DNA from: Pseudodesulfovibrio piezophilus C1TLV30
GTDB lineage: Bacteria; Desulfobacterota; Desulfovibrionia; Desulfovibrionales; Desulfovibrionaceae
Direction: 5' to 3'
DNA length: 32,000 nucleotides
NCBI RefSeq assembly: GCF_000341895.1
Contig: NC_020409.1
Span: 2,130,001 to 2,162,000, forward strand
Under the pieces are notes generated by a model. The model had not been told where the DNA came from. It made no database searches and worked only from the letters and a program-made list of their open reading frames with translations. Numbering within the stretch: position 1 is the stretch's first letter; each line of letters opens with the position of its first letter. Both the position numbers and the translations under genes were made by a program. Of the stretch, positions 24,184-32,000 are shown piece after piece.

Positions 24184-24621
24184 ATGGGAACTGTCCAAGC
24201 AGTGAATATCAGCGACCGCAAAGGCGAGAAAAAACACGAAGTCAGCGAAATATGGCTCCGGGAGGATTTCGGCGTGGAGAATGACGCCCACGGCGGAAGT
24301 GAACGTCAAGTCAGCCTCTTGGCTCTCGAATGTATCGAAGATATGAAAAAAGCACTGGCAAGCCTTAAGGCCGGTGACTTTGCCGAAAACATCACCACCA
24401 CCGGCATCATCGCCTCCCGGTTGACGCCAGGCATGCGTGTCGCTGTGGGAGACGCACTCATAGAGATCACACAGATAGGCAAGACCTGCCACAACGGCTG
24501 CGCCATCCGCCGGGAAGTCGGCTCCTGCATCATGCCCAAGGAAGGCATCTTCGGCAGGGTTCTCCAGAGCGGCTGTGTCAGAAAAGGTGATGGCATCGAA
24601 GTCCTCGGCCTTTTCCGTTAG
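24184..24621 (+). CDS. MOSC-domain protein (small stand-alone form)
   Basis: ATG 24184 is preceded by GGAGGT. The translation MGTVQAVNISDRKGEKK...ENDAHGGSERQVSLL...GDFAENITTTG...GKTCHNGCAIRREVGSCIMPKEGIFGRVL fits the MOSC beta-barrel pattern with a conserved Cys. Confidence 0.7.
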   Translation: MGTVQAVNISDRKGEKKHEVSEIWLREDFGVENDAHGGSERQVSLLALECIEDMKKALASLKAGDFAENITTTGIIASRLTPGMRVAVGDALIEITQIGKTCHNGCAIRREVGSCIMPKEGIFGRVLQSGCVRKGDGIEVLGLFR

Positions 24622-26768
24622 TCTCCGTTCAGCCCTGATTTCATACTCAGATTGATCCGACCCCTTTTCTGGTCCAGGCCGATGACCGTCACGACAACTT
24701 CACGTCCCGGAGCGACCACTTCCGAAGGATCACGTACGAACCGATCCGCAAGCTGACTGATATGAACCAGCCCGTCCCGGTGGACACCGACGTCCACGAA
24801 TGCACCGAACTTGGTCACATTGGTCACAATGCCGGGCAGCCTCATGCCTTCATGCAGGTCAGCGATATCGTTGATTCCCTCGGTAAAGGAAAAAGCGGAA
24901 AATTCGGCGCGCGGGTCCCGCCCCGGCCTGGAAAGCTCTGCCATGATATCACGCAATGTAGGGAGCCCTACTTCTTCGGAAACGTAAGAATCCATGCTGA
25001 TTCGGGTACGGGCCTCCGGTTCGTCCATCAGTTCCCTGACAGAACACCCGGCATCCCTGGCCATATTCTTGACCAGGGCATACCGCTCCGGGTGGACGGC
25101 ACTGGCATCCAGAGGTTCCTTGCCATGCACACGTAAAAAACCCGCTGCCTGCTCAAAGGCCTTGGGACCGAGCCGTTTGACTTTGAGCAACGCTTTCCGC
25201 GAAGTAAAAGGGCCATGCTCGTCTCGATGGGCGACAATATTGCCTGCCAGAACCGGGCCCAAACCAGAGACATGAGCCAGGAGTTCCGCACTCGCCGTGT
25301 TCAGATCAACGCCCACCGAGTTGACACAACTCTCCACGACCTGATCAAGCCGCTTCTTGAGAGCACCCTGATCGACATCATGCTGATATTGGCCCACCCC
25401 GATGGACTTGGGGTCAATTTTGACCAACTCGGCCAATGGGTCCATGAGTCTACGGCCGATGGAGGCAGAGCCTCTCACGGTCAGGTCCAAATCAGGAAAC
25501 TCCCGGCGAGCCACCTCCGATGCAGAATAAATTGATGCCCCGGACTCATTGACCAGTACTGCTGGAATAGAGAGATCAAGGGTACGGACAAAGGCCTCGG
25601 TTTCCCGCCCCGCTGTACCGTTGCCTATGGCTATGGCCTCAATGGTATAACGGCCACAGAGCGTGCGAAGCGTCGCAGCGGCATCCTCCTGCTGTTTCTT
25701 CGATCCCACCGGAAATATGGTCGTGTACTCCTTGAGTGCTCCCTGAGCATCAAGGACGGTGAGTTTCGCACCGGTCCTGAAGCCGGGGTCCAGCGCCAAT
25801 ACCCGCTTCTGTCCAAGAGGAGCAGCCAGCAATAACTCCCGCAGGTTGGACGCGAAAACACTGATGGCCTCTTCATCCGCCCGTCTCTTGACCTCGGCCC
25901 GCACTTCATTCTCCAGTGAAGGCCCAAGGAGCCGTTTGTAGCAATCATCCATGGCTTCAGCGACCAGCCGTGCGTCCGCACCGATGCCCCGGACAACGGA
26001 ATTTCGCAGCAAACCAGTTGCCTCCTCTTCGGGAGGACGAAGAGAGAGCTTCAAAAATTTCTCATTTTCGCCCCGAAACATCGCCAGCGCACGATGTCCC
26101 GGAATCCGAGCCAGAGGTTCATCCCATTCGAACCAGTCCCGATAAGTGGCCCCGGCCTCTTCCTTACCCTTGGCAACACGCGAGACAAAACGGCCTCGTT
26201 TGACAAAAAGTGCTCGCATGGCCTGCCGAGCCTTGGAATTCTCACTGATATTTTCAGCGATAATATCTCGCGCACCAGCCAGCGCCGCATCCGTGTCCGG
26301 GACACTCCGCTCCGGATTGTCCTTGTCATCACTGATAAATCGAGTTGCTTCATGATGAGGATCGCTCCCTTTCTGGGCAAGGAGCAGAAGGGCGAGCGGT
26401 TCGAGACCGCGTTCCCTGGCCATGGCCCCACGAGTCCTTCGCTTCGGCCGGTGAGGGAGATAGATGTCTTCCAACTGCGCCTTGTCCCGGGCCTGCTCCA
26501 CCGCCTGTTTGAGTTCCGGGGTCAGCAAATCACGCTCGCCCAGAGAGGAAAGAATGGCCTCACGCCGTTTATCCAGCTCGAGCAGGCTCTCCAAGCGATC
26601 ACGAACTGCGGCCACAGCCACTTCATCCATGGTTCCGGTCGCCTCTTTACGATACCGCGCGATGAAGGGCACGGTCCCCCCTTCGTCCAGGAGCGTAACA
26701 ACTGCTGCGACATGATGGTTCTTGAGAGAAAGTTCCTTCCCTATAATGCCGATATATTTGTCATTCAT
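24618..26768 (-). CDS. tex: Tex/YhgF transcription accessory protein (S1 RNA-binding domain protein)
   Basis: 716 aa. The N-terminus VAAVVTLLDEGGTVPFIARYRKEATG is a Tex hallmark. The YqgF/RuvC-like core is VLALDPGFRTGAKL, an HhH region is present, and the C-terminal S1 domain is GMRLPGIVTNVTKFGAFVDVGVHRDGLVHISQLADRFV. Confidence 0.95.
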   Translation of the reverse strand: MNDKYIGIIGKELSLKNHHVAAVVTLLDEGGTVPFIARYRKEATGTMDEVAVAAVRDRLESLLELDKRREAILSSLGERDLLTPELKQAVEQARDKAQLEDIYLPHRPKRRTRGAMARERGLEPLALLLLAQKGSDPHHEATRFISDDKDNPERSVPDTDAALAGARDIIAENISENSKARQAMRALFVKRGRFVSRVAKGKEEAGATYRDWFEWDEPLARIPGHRALAMFRGENEKFLKLSLRPPEEEATGLLRNSVVRGIGADARLVAEAMDDCYKRLLGPSLENEVRAEVKRRADEEAISVFASNLRELLLAAPLGQKRVLALDPGFRTGAKLTVLDAQGALKEYTTIFPVGSKKQQEDAAATLRTLCGRYTIEAIAIGNGTAGRETEAFVRTLDLSIPAVLVNESGASIYSASEVARREFPDLDLTVRGSASIGRRLMDPLAELVKIDPKSIGVGQYQHDVDQGALKKRLDQVVESCVNSVGVDLNTASAELLAHVSGLGPVLAGNIVAHRDEHGPFTSRKALLKVKRLGPKAFEQAAGFLRVHGKEPLDASAVHPERYALVKNMARDAGCSVRELMDEPEARTRISMDSYVSEEVGLPTLRDIMAELSRPGRDPRAEFSAFSFTEGINDIADLHEGMRLPGIVTNVTKFGAFVDVGVHRDGLVHISQLADRFVRDPSEVVAPGREVVVTVIGLDQKRGRINLSMKSGLNGD

Positions 26769-27134
26769 ATATTCATACTGGGTTAAAGTGTGCCCCTGTT
26801 GGACCTTGAATCAGGAAGAAGGTCAAGAAAAGAGTGCACGTTGCCGGCAAGGAAGAGATAGTGCCTTTGATCACGAAGAATATCCCCGATATGGCTCACG
26901 CCAAACTCTCTGGTAAAGTGAATTGTTTTGGCTGTTTTCTCGCTGTCAAAGTTTTATGCCTCCTGCCCGGCAGATTCGGCACCAGGCAGCAATACAGGTG
27001 TGACAGTTTTCTAATACCCGAAAATCAACCAACGGTGTACGATTGTCCTAAACTCATAAAAATCCTTTGCAACAGTGTGTTCAACGGGATGTGTTCAGCG
27101 ATTATTCAAACTTTTGACCAACAGAGGAATACCC

Positions 27135-27569
27135 ATGAAATCCTTTCGTTTCACTCTCATTCTTGCCCTTGTTTCCTTTTGCCTGCTGTGCTCGGCAGCA
27201 TTGGCCGGGACACCCAAACACATCGTGACAATGGTCGCAACCGACGACGTTAACAGAGCGGCGATGGCCATTGAGTTTACCCATGCGGCGATGATTAACA
27301 AGGGGTTGGATGCCACCATCTTTTTCAATGTGTACGGAGTCAATCTCGTCAATAAGGAAATGCCATCCCCTCTATATCCCAATGGCAAGAGCATCAGAGC
27401 CATGCTGGAATCCTTTATGAAAGACGGAGGCTCGGTCCTGGCCTGCCCCATGTGCATGAAAAATGTGGGTGGCATGGAGAACGCAGACCTCATGCAAGGC
27501 GTTGTAGCACAAAAAGGCGGCGGCATGACAGCCGTGACGCAGCCTGACACACTGGTTCTGAATTACTAA
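27135..27569 (+). CDS. exported DsrE/DsrF-fold (COG2044-like) protein with a CPMC motif
   Basis: ATG 27135 is preceded by AGAGGA. The signal peptide is MKSFRFTLILALVSFCLLCSAALA|GTP. The mature part HIVTMVATDD..RAAMAIEFTHAAMINKGLDATIFFNVYGVNLV....GGSVLACPMCM....LMQGV....TLVLNY follows the DsrE-like alternation, including the conserved 'aC' position. Confidence 0.55.
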   Translation: MKSFRFTLILALVSFCLLCSAALAGTPKHIVTMVATDDVNRAAMAIEFTHAAMINKGLDATIFFNVYGVNLVNKEMPSPLYPNGKSIRAMLESFMKDGGSVLACPMCMKNVGGMENADLMQGVVAQKGGGMTAVTQPDTLVLNY

Positions 27570-27592
27570 CCGTCTCTTTTCCATAAAAAAAA

Positions 27593-27628
27593 GTCGGGCA
27601 AGCAGAAAGCTTGTCCGACTTTTCCTTT
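27593..27628. terminator. bidirectional rho-independent terminator shared by the DsrE-like gene and the hydrogenase operon
   Basis: GTCGGGCAAGC (27593-27603) pairs with GCTTGTCCGAC (27609-27619) as 11 bp with one G-U. An A8 run precedes it and TTTTCCTTT follows. Confidence 0.85.
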
Positions 27629-27643
27629 GAGAGATGTCGTGCC

Positions 27644-29308
27644 TTAGAGAACCTTGAACTTTCTGCTGGAACCATCCCGGTTATCAACAAGATGGACCGA
27701 GCAGGCGATACAGGGGTCAAATGAGTGGATGGTACGGAGGATTTCCACCGGCCGATCCGGGTCAGGACAGGGACAGCCAATGAGAGACTGCTCTGCCGGG
27801 CTGAGTTTGCCCTCGGCACAACGGGGGCCGAGATTCCAGGTAGATGGCACTACGAGCTGGATATTTTCGATCTTGCTGTCCTTGATACTGATCCAGTGTG
27901 AAAGGGCACCGCGAGTCACGCAACACAATCCGACGCCTCTGGCCGTATCCGGCATCGTGTATTTCTTGTAAATCGAATCATCGCCGGATTTGATTCGCTC
28001 TTCAGTTTCATCAATCCACCCTTTCATGCGTCGGGTAAGCATGGTGGTTTCCACCACTCGACTGATGGTCCGTCCCATGGTGGAAAAGAGCTGATCCGGC
28101 TTCATGTTGGCAGCGGAAAAGAAATCATCGAGCATGGTTTTCGTTTCTTTTTCGCCCTTGGCATAGGCAAGGGCGCGGCGAGCCAGGGGGCCTGTCTCCA
28201 TAGGTTCTGTCTTGTATCTTGGAGCCTTGGACCACGAATACTTTTCCTTGTCCTCATAGCTTGTGTAATTCGGTTCGGTCTTGCCGTCATAGGGCTTGAG
28301 CGCCTCATCCCCCTTGTACCAACTTCGGGAGACATGTTCCGCGATATTATTGATATCCATCTTGTCATGTTTTCCCAGATCATTGCCCCAGAGAACCCCG
28401 GATTTGAAATAGGGGTCCTGCCCTGATGACGGATCATGGAAATCACTGAACGCCATGAAATTGGACGTTTTCCCATATCCGAGAGCTTCGGGATACCGCT
28501 GGGTCATGAGCAGGATATCCGGCATCATGGCATTCTCGGCGAATTCCAGAACCTCTTCCCATATTTCGCGAAAATGCCCGATGACTTCCGGCCTGAGTGA
28601 ATCGTAGCATGACATGCCACCCACCACCATGGACTGCGCATGGGGATTCTTTCCTGCAAACAAAGCCATGGCCCGAGCCAGCTTGAGCTGTACACGCAAG
28701 CCCTCAAAATAATGATACGTCATGATCAGATTTTCTTCGGGCGTAAAACGGTATGCCGTGTTACCGCCAAGGAAATACGCATTTTCCAGAAAGCCAAGTT
28801 GGCCGGAAGCCACGAAATCCTTCAACCTCTTCTGCATGATATAGAGCTCGGCCGGGTTATCGCCACGTTTGCTGGTCTGCCCCACCAGTCTGCCCGCCTT
28901 GGCCGGGTCGGCTTTGGTTGCGGCAGCCATGTCAATCCAGTCCAGCCCGTGCAGGTGGTAGTAGTGAACAAGATGATCATGAACAATGAGAGCGGAAAGG
29001 ATCAAGTGACGCATCAATTGCGCCAGAGGAGGCACTGTGAGATCCAGGGCATCCTCAATGGCGCGAATACTCGTCAGGGCATGAGTATTGGTACACACCC
29101 CGCAGGTCCGCTGGGTGAACAGCGGAGCATCCTCGGGAGGTCTGCCTTTGAGGATGGTTTCAATGCCGCGAAAAAGCTGGGTGCTGACCCAGGCATTCTT
29201 GACATGGTCGTTATCAAGCTCCACCTCGATTTTGAGGTGACCTTCGATCCGCGTCACCGGATCAACGATCAGCCGTTTTCGGGTGCTGGTTGCTGTGGTC
29301 TGACTCAT
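27644..29308 (-). CDS. hynA: periplasmic [NiFe] hydrogenase large subunit
   Basis: The N-terminal Ni-binding motif is RTCGVCTNTHALTS and the C-terminal motif is DPCIACSVH. Both Cys are ordinary codons (TGT = rc of 27710-27712, TGC = rc of 27701-27703), so this is not a Sec/[NiFeSe] enzyme. A 15-aa extension LVDNRDGSSRKFKVL follows the His. AAGGAGG lies upstream of ATG 29308. Confidence 0.95.
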   Translation of the reverse strand: MSQTTATSTRKRLIVDPVTRIEGHLKIEVELDNDHVKNAWVSTQLFRGIETILKGRPPEDAPLFTQRTCGVCTNTHALTSIRAIEDALDLTVPPLAQLMRHLILSALIVHDHLVHYYHLHGLDWIDMAAATKADPAKAGRLVGQTSKRGDNPAELYIMQKRLKDFVASGQLGFLENAYFLGGNTAYRFTPEENLIMTYHYFEGLRVQLKLARAMALFAGKNPHAQSMVVGGMSCYDSLRPEVIGHFREIWEEVLEFAENAMMPDILLMTQRYPEALGYGKTSNFMAFSDFHDPSSGQDPYFKSGVLWGNDLGKHDKMDINNIAEHVSRSWYKGDEALKPYDGKTEPNYTSYEDKEKYSWSKAPRYKTEPMETGPLARRALAYAKGEKETKTMLDDFFSAANMKPDQLFSTMGRTISRVVETTMLTRRMKGWIDETEERIKSGDDSIYKKYTMPDTARGVGLCCVTRGALSHWISIKDSKIENIQLVVPSTWNLGPRCAEGKLSPAEQSLIGCPCPDPDRPVEILRTIHSFDPCIACSVHLVDNRDGSSRKFKVL

Positions 29309-29338
29309 ATGGAATTTCCTCCTTTCGGACAGCGCGGG

Positions 29339-30304
29339 TTAGCTTTTGGGACCGTCCAGAATAGGTGAGAAGAAGGGCGAATAGTCGTCCCAGAAGTTGG
29401 GTTCGCTGCATCCGATACAGGGGGCACCGGCCTGTACGGGCCAGTTGACCTGATTGAACAGTGCCGTGGGGCAATTATTATAAGTATACGGCCCTTTGCA
29501 GCCCAATTGGTACAAGCACCACCCTTTCTTGGCCTCGGGGCTGTCGAAACTCATGGCGAACTCACCCTTGTTGAAATGCTCCTGACGGGGGCAATGTGCA
29601 TGAACTGTGTCACCGAAGAATATTTTCGGGCGATTCCAGGTGTCGAGCTTGGGCATGCCCTTGGTCAGCAGGTGGACCACGGTTCCCACGAAATTCATGG
29701 GATTGGGCGGGCAGCCCGCTATGTTGATGGCCTCAACTCCCACGGCTTTCAGGGCGTCGTTGACCCCCTTGGCTCCCGAAGGATTCGGCTTGGCCGACTG
29801 CACACCGCCGAAACAGGCGCACGACCCCATGGCGATGGTGGCCTGAGCCTTGGACGCTACTCGGGCGCAAAGCTGAAACATGGTTTCCCCACCGACTTTG
29901 CCGTATTCGCCACCATGCCGGGTGGGAATACCACCCTCGATGACGCAGATAAACCCTTCCGGGTTGTCGAGTGCCTTTTCCAGAGCATGATGCGCGGCCG
30001 TCCCTGCCGCAGCCATAACCGTTTCGCAATAATCCAGCGAAATGGTACTCATGATGATTTCATCAAAATACGGTTCATATGCCCGGAGCAGTCCTTCGGT
30101 GCATCCGGTACATTCGGCACAGTGCAGGTAGACCACCGAAGGACGCTTCTTGGTAGTCAGGGCGTGAGCTATCTGTGGCACAAAGGCCGGTCCCATACCG
30201 AGAAAAGTGGCCATGACACCACAGAATTTCATGAATTCACGACGGCTCGGCTTCTTGTCACCAGCCATCATTTTCAAAGAGTCGAATTTGTTCGCACTTG
30301 GCAT
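29339..30304 (-). CDS. hynB: periplasmic [NiFe] hydrogenase small subunit (Tat-exported)
   Basis: Start taken at ATG 30302-30304, with GGAGG at 30310-30314 on the minus strand. The Tat signal is [29 protein letters not shown]. FeS ligand motifs are [28 protein letters not shown] and CIGC. Confidence 0.95.
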   Translation of the reverse strand: MPSANKFDSLKMMAGDKKPSRREFMKFCGVMATFLGMGPAFVPQIAHALTTKKRPSVVYLHCAECTGCTEGLLRAYEPYFDEIIMSTISLDYCETVMAAAGTAAHHALEKALDNPEGFICVIEGGIPTRHGGEYGKVGGETMFQLCARVASKAQATIAMGSCACFGGVQSAKPNPSGAKGVNDALKAVGVEAINIAGCPPNPMNFVGTVVHLLTKGMPKLDTWNRPKIFFGDTVHAHCPRQEHFNKGEFAMSFDSPEAKKGWCLYQLGCKGPYTYNNCPTALFNQVNWPVQAGAPCIGCSEPNFWDDYSPFFSPILDGPKS

Positions 30305-30320
30305 GCGAGCCTCCTTTCGG

Positions 30321-30719
30321 CTAGCTTGGCTTGTGGCAGGCAGAAGTACAGCCCACCGGATTCTTGCCACCCTGAGACCGCATCAGGGTATGACACCCCA
30401 GACAACTTGGCGGTCCATCGGAATGCCAGGCCCGGTAAAATCCTGTCTGGTCATCGGGGTCATCAGAGCTATGACATTGTCTGCACGGCACAAATTCTCC
30501 CAGAGTTTTGTCGCTCTCCTTGTGGTGACATTTCTGACAGGGAACCCTGATGGCATGAAAACCATGCGGGAATTTGACTTTGGTAATCCAGGCGGCCAGG
30601 GGTTTGTTATCATCCGGTCGTTTCAGAACCACAGTATCCGGCACTGTATAGGCCGACGCCACGGTGACGATGACGGCAGTCACTGCCGCCGTGGTGAAAA
30701 GCAGAACCTTGCGGAACAT
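30321..30719 (-). CDS. tetraheme cytochrome c3-type protein (class III), first gene of the hydrogenase operon
   Basis: 132 aa with signal/anchor [23 protein letters not shown]. The heme sites are CQKCH, CRQCH, CLGCH and CTSACH. There are eight His in total (FPH, GFH, CHH, CH, WH, CH, CH), enough for four bis-His hemes. GGAGGAG lies upstream of ATG 30719. Confidence 0.85.
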   Translation of the reverse strand: MFRKVLLFTTAAVTAVIVTVASAYTVPDTVVLKRPDDNKPLAAWITKVKFPHGFHAIRVPCQKCHHKESDKTLGEFVPCRQCHSSDDPDDQTGFYRAWHSDGPPSCLGCHTLMRSQGGKNPVGCTSACHKPS

Positions 30720-30753
30720 GTCTCCTCCATTTCATAAGTTGAAACCACATCAT

Positions 30754-30809
30754 AGCGTAGGATACGCTCCTGATATCCGGGAGATATTATTATTTCCGAT
30801 CCGGTCGGA
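30754..30809 (-). promoter_or_regulatory. cluster of three short inverted repeats in the 165-nt region upstream of the cytochrome c3-hydrogenase operon
   Basis: The repeats are AGCGTA-N3-TACGCT (30754-30768), ATATC-N5-GATAT (30773-30787) and TCCGA-N5-TCGGA (30795-30809). The hexamer ATCCGG recurs at 30775, 30799 and 30852. Their function is untested. Confidence 0.3.
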
Positions 30810-30884
30810 TATGATGAGAAGGTCAAAGCAACCGCCATCACAAAACGGAAAATCCGGAAAAGAGAGGTCCGTCTCCAGACCATG

Positions 30885-32000
30885 CTACTTAAAAGCTCCG
30901 GCCTCGATATTCAACCGCTTGAGAATCTTCTGCAAAGCCACTCTGGACAAACCGCTGTGCCGGGCCGCTGCCGAGACATTTCCCCCGGATTGGGTGAGCA
31001 ATTCCTCGACATAGGTTCGAGTGAAATTATCGACCACTTTCTCTTTGGCATCCTTATATGGAGCCAGGCCCGAAGCAGTGTTACAATGGTTTCCATCCAG
31101 CCCTTCCACCAGACGCAAGTGGGGCAGATCAAGCAATTCACCGGAGGAGAACACGGCAAGACGCCGTACAAAATTCTGGAGCTCCCGAACATTGCCCGGC
31201 CAGCTTTTTGTCGTCAAATATGCCACGGCCTCCGGGGTCATGCTTTTGGGTTTGACCTTCATCTCTTCACAGGAAAGAGTTAAAAAATGACGGGCAAGGA
31301 TGACAATGTCATCGCACCGCTCTCGTAGGGCCGGGACATTGATGTTCAATACATTGAGACGATAGTATAGGTCTTCCCGGAAAGAGCCGTCCTTGATCTT
31401 ATCCTCCAGAGGCTGGTTGGTGGAAGCGAGGATACGGACATCTACGGGAATGGTCCGGCTGGACCCCACGGGCCGGATTTCACCCTCCTGGAGCGCGCGG
31501 AGCAACTTGGTCTGGATCCCCGGAGAAATATCCCCTATTTCGTCCAACAACAACGTCCCGCCATCAGCAGAAACAAAAATCCCCTTGCGGTCGCGGTCCG
31601 CGCCGGTAAATGCCCCTTTTACATGCCCGAACAATTCGCTTTCCAGCAACTGGTCCGGGATAGCGGGACAATTGACAGTGAGCAAGGGGCTGTTTCTCCT
31701 CCCGCTCAGTTGATGAATCGTCTGGGCGACCAACTCCTTGCCCGTACCGGATTCGCCCCTGATCAGGACCGTATAATCGGACCCGGCCACGGCCTGGACT
31801 CCATCCTTCAAGCGGCGCAGAGGAAGACTGTCTCCCACCAATTCATTGGAACCGCACTGCCTTTCCAGCAAGTCCTGCAAACGCGAGTTTTCACCCAGTA
31901 GACGAGCGCGCTCAAGCCCCCGTTCCACCGTGAGGAACAAGTTCTCCGGGGCAACGGGTTTTGTCAGGAAATCATACGCGCCGACCTTGAGCGCATCCAC
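30885..32000 (-). CDS. sigma-54-dependent response regulator (end of REC + AAA+ EBP + Fis-type HTH); N-terminus beyond the window end
   Basis: The ORF is open to nt 32000. The end of the receiver is KVGAYDFLTKP. Walker A is GESGTGKE, the GAFTGA loop is intact (VKGAFTGADRD), and ESELFGH is present. The HTH is GNVSAAARHSGLSRVALQKILKRL, and the stop TAG is the reverse complement of 30885-30887. Confidence 0.9.
   Translation of the reverse strand: MDALKVGAYDFLTKPVAPENLFLTVERGLERARLLGENSRLQDLLERQCGSNELVGDSLPLRRLKDGVQAVAGSDYTVLIRGESGTGKELVAQTIHQLSGRRNSPLLTVNCPAIPDQLLESELFGHVKGAFTGADRDRKGIFVSADGGTLLLDEIGDISPGIQTKLLRALQEGEIRPVGSSRTIPVDVRILASTNQPLEDKIKDGSFREDLYYRLNVLNINVPALRERCDDIVILARHFLTLSCEEMKVKPKSMTPEAVAYLTTKSWPGNVRELQNFVRRLAVFSSGELLDLPHLRLVEGLDGNHCNTASGLAPYKDAKEKVVDNFTRTYVEELLTQSGGNVSAAARHSGLSRVALQKILKRLNIEAGAFK

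Noticed and set aside
26929-26944. Sigma-54-like element TGGCTG-TTTTC-TCGCT upstream of the DsrE-like gene
   Set aside because: GG and GC are correctly spaced, but the -12 is TCGC and the -24 flank deviates. The site is ~190 nt from the ATG at 27135 and I saw no obvious UAS. It is too weak to call without a PWM score or TSS data.
26834-27253. 139-aa ORF spanning the tex / DsrE-like intergenic region and overlapping the DsrE-like gene out of frame
   Set aside because: It has no SD, a Cys/Arg-rich low-complexity translation, and overlaps a better-supported gene that has an SD and a signal peptide.
27644-29308. [NiFeSe] (selenocysteine) hydrogenase
   Set aside because: The C-terminal motif is encoded by ordinary Cys codons (TGT and TGC) with no in-frame TGA, and the ORF is uninterrupted.
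1-32000. tRNA/rRNA genes, CRISPR arrays, IS elements, integrases, toxin-antitoxin pairs
   Set aside because: By eye I found no T-loop-like GGTTCGAATCC in intergenic DNA and no spaced direct-repeat array. No transposase- or integrase-like ORFs or terminal inverted repeats were seen either. All larger intergenic regions are explained as divergent promoters or terminators. A tRNAscan/Infernal run would be needed to exclude small RNAs formally.

Overview
The window is a gene-dense stretch of about 25 intact or edge-truncated CDSs. I saw no tRNA, rRNA, CRISPR array, IS or transposase, integrase or prophage signature. Gene content suggests the chromosomal core of a Desulfovibrionales-type anaerobe; that taxonomic call is inference. 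The supporting content is a periplasmic Tat-exported [NiFe] hydrogenase preceded by a tetraheme c3-type cytochrome, a short GSI-alpha glutamine synthetase, two sigma-54 enhancer-binding response regulators, an NtrY-like kinase with a DUF4390 partner, an HD-GYP regulator, USP paralogues, and GC of roughly mid-50s % by eye.

Left to right, the genes are:
- Lon-like protease (5'-truncated)
- DUF362 protein
- GT4 glycosyltransferase / PglC-like phosphoglycosyl transferase / USP operon, joined by ATGA stop-start overlaps
- glnA
- a 961-aa DExH helicase with a DUF1998 module and a fused C-terminal exonuclease
- dual-receiver HD-GYP regulator
- Wzy_C-like membrane protein
- THUMP RNA methyltransferase
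- SAM methyltransferase
- DUF4390 / NtrY-like kinase / YfcH-like SDR / sigma-54 regulator cluster
- tandem USP
- NhaC-family antiporter
- orphan secreted protein
- MOSC protein
- tex
- exported DsrE-fold protein
- cytochrome c3 / hynB / hynA operon
- a second sigma-54 response regulator (truncated at the window end)

I see no clear mobile or defence island. The candidates most worth follow-up are:
- the helicase / 4-Cys module / DEDD exonuclease single-polypeptide fusion
- the exported CxxC DsrE-fold protein beside the periplasmic hydrogenase
- the sigma-54 regulator placed upstream of a hydrogenase operon that lacks a recognisable -24/-12 promoter
- the interrupted DUF4390-NtrY-X-regulator cluster

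All family assignments come from motif recognition in the supplied translations. No database search was run.
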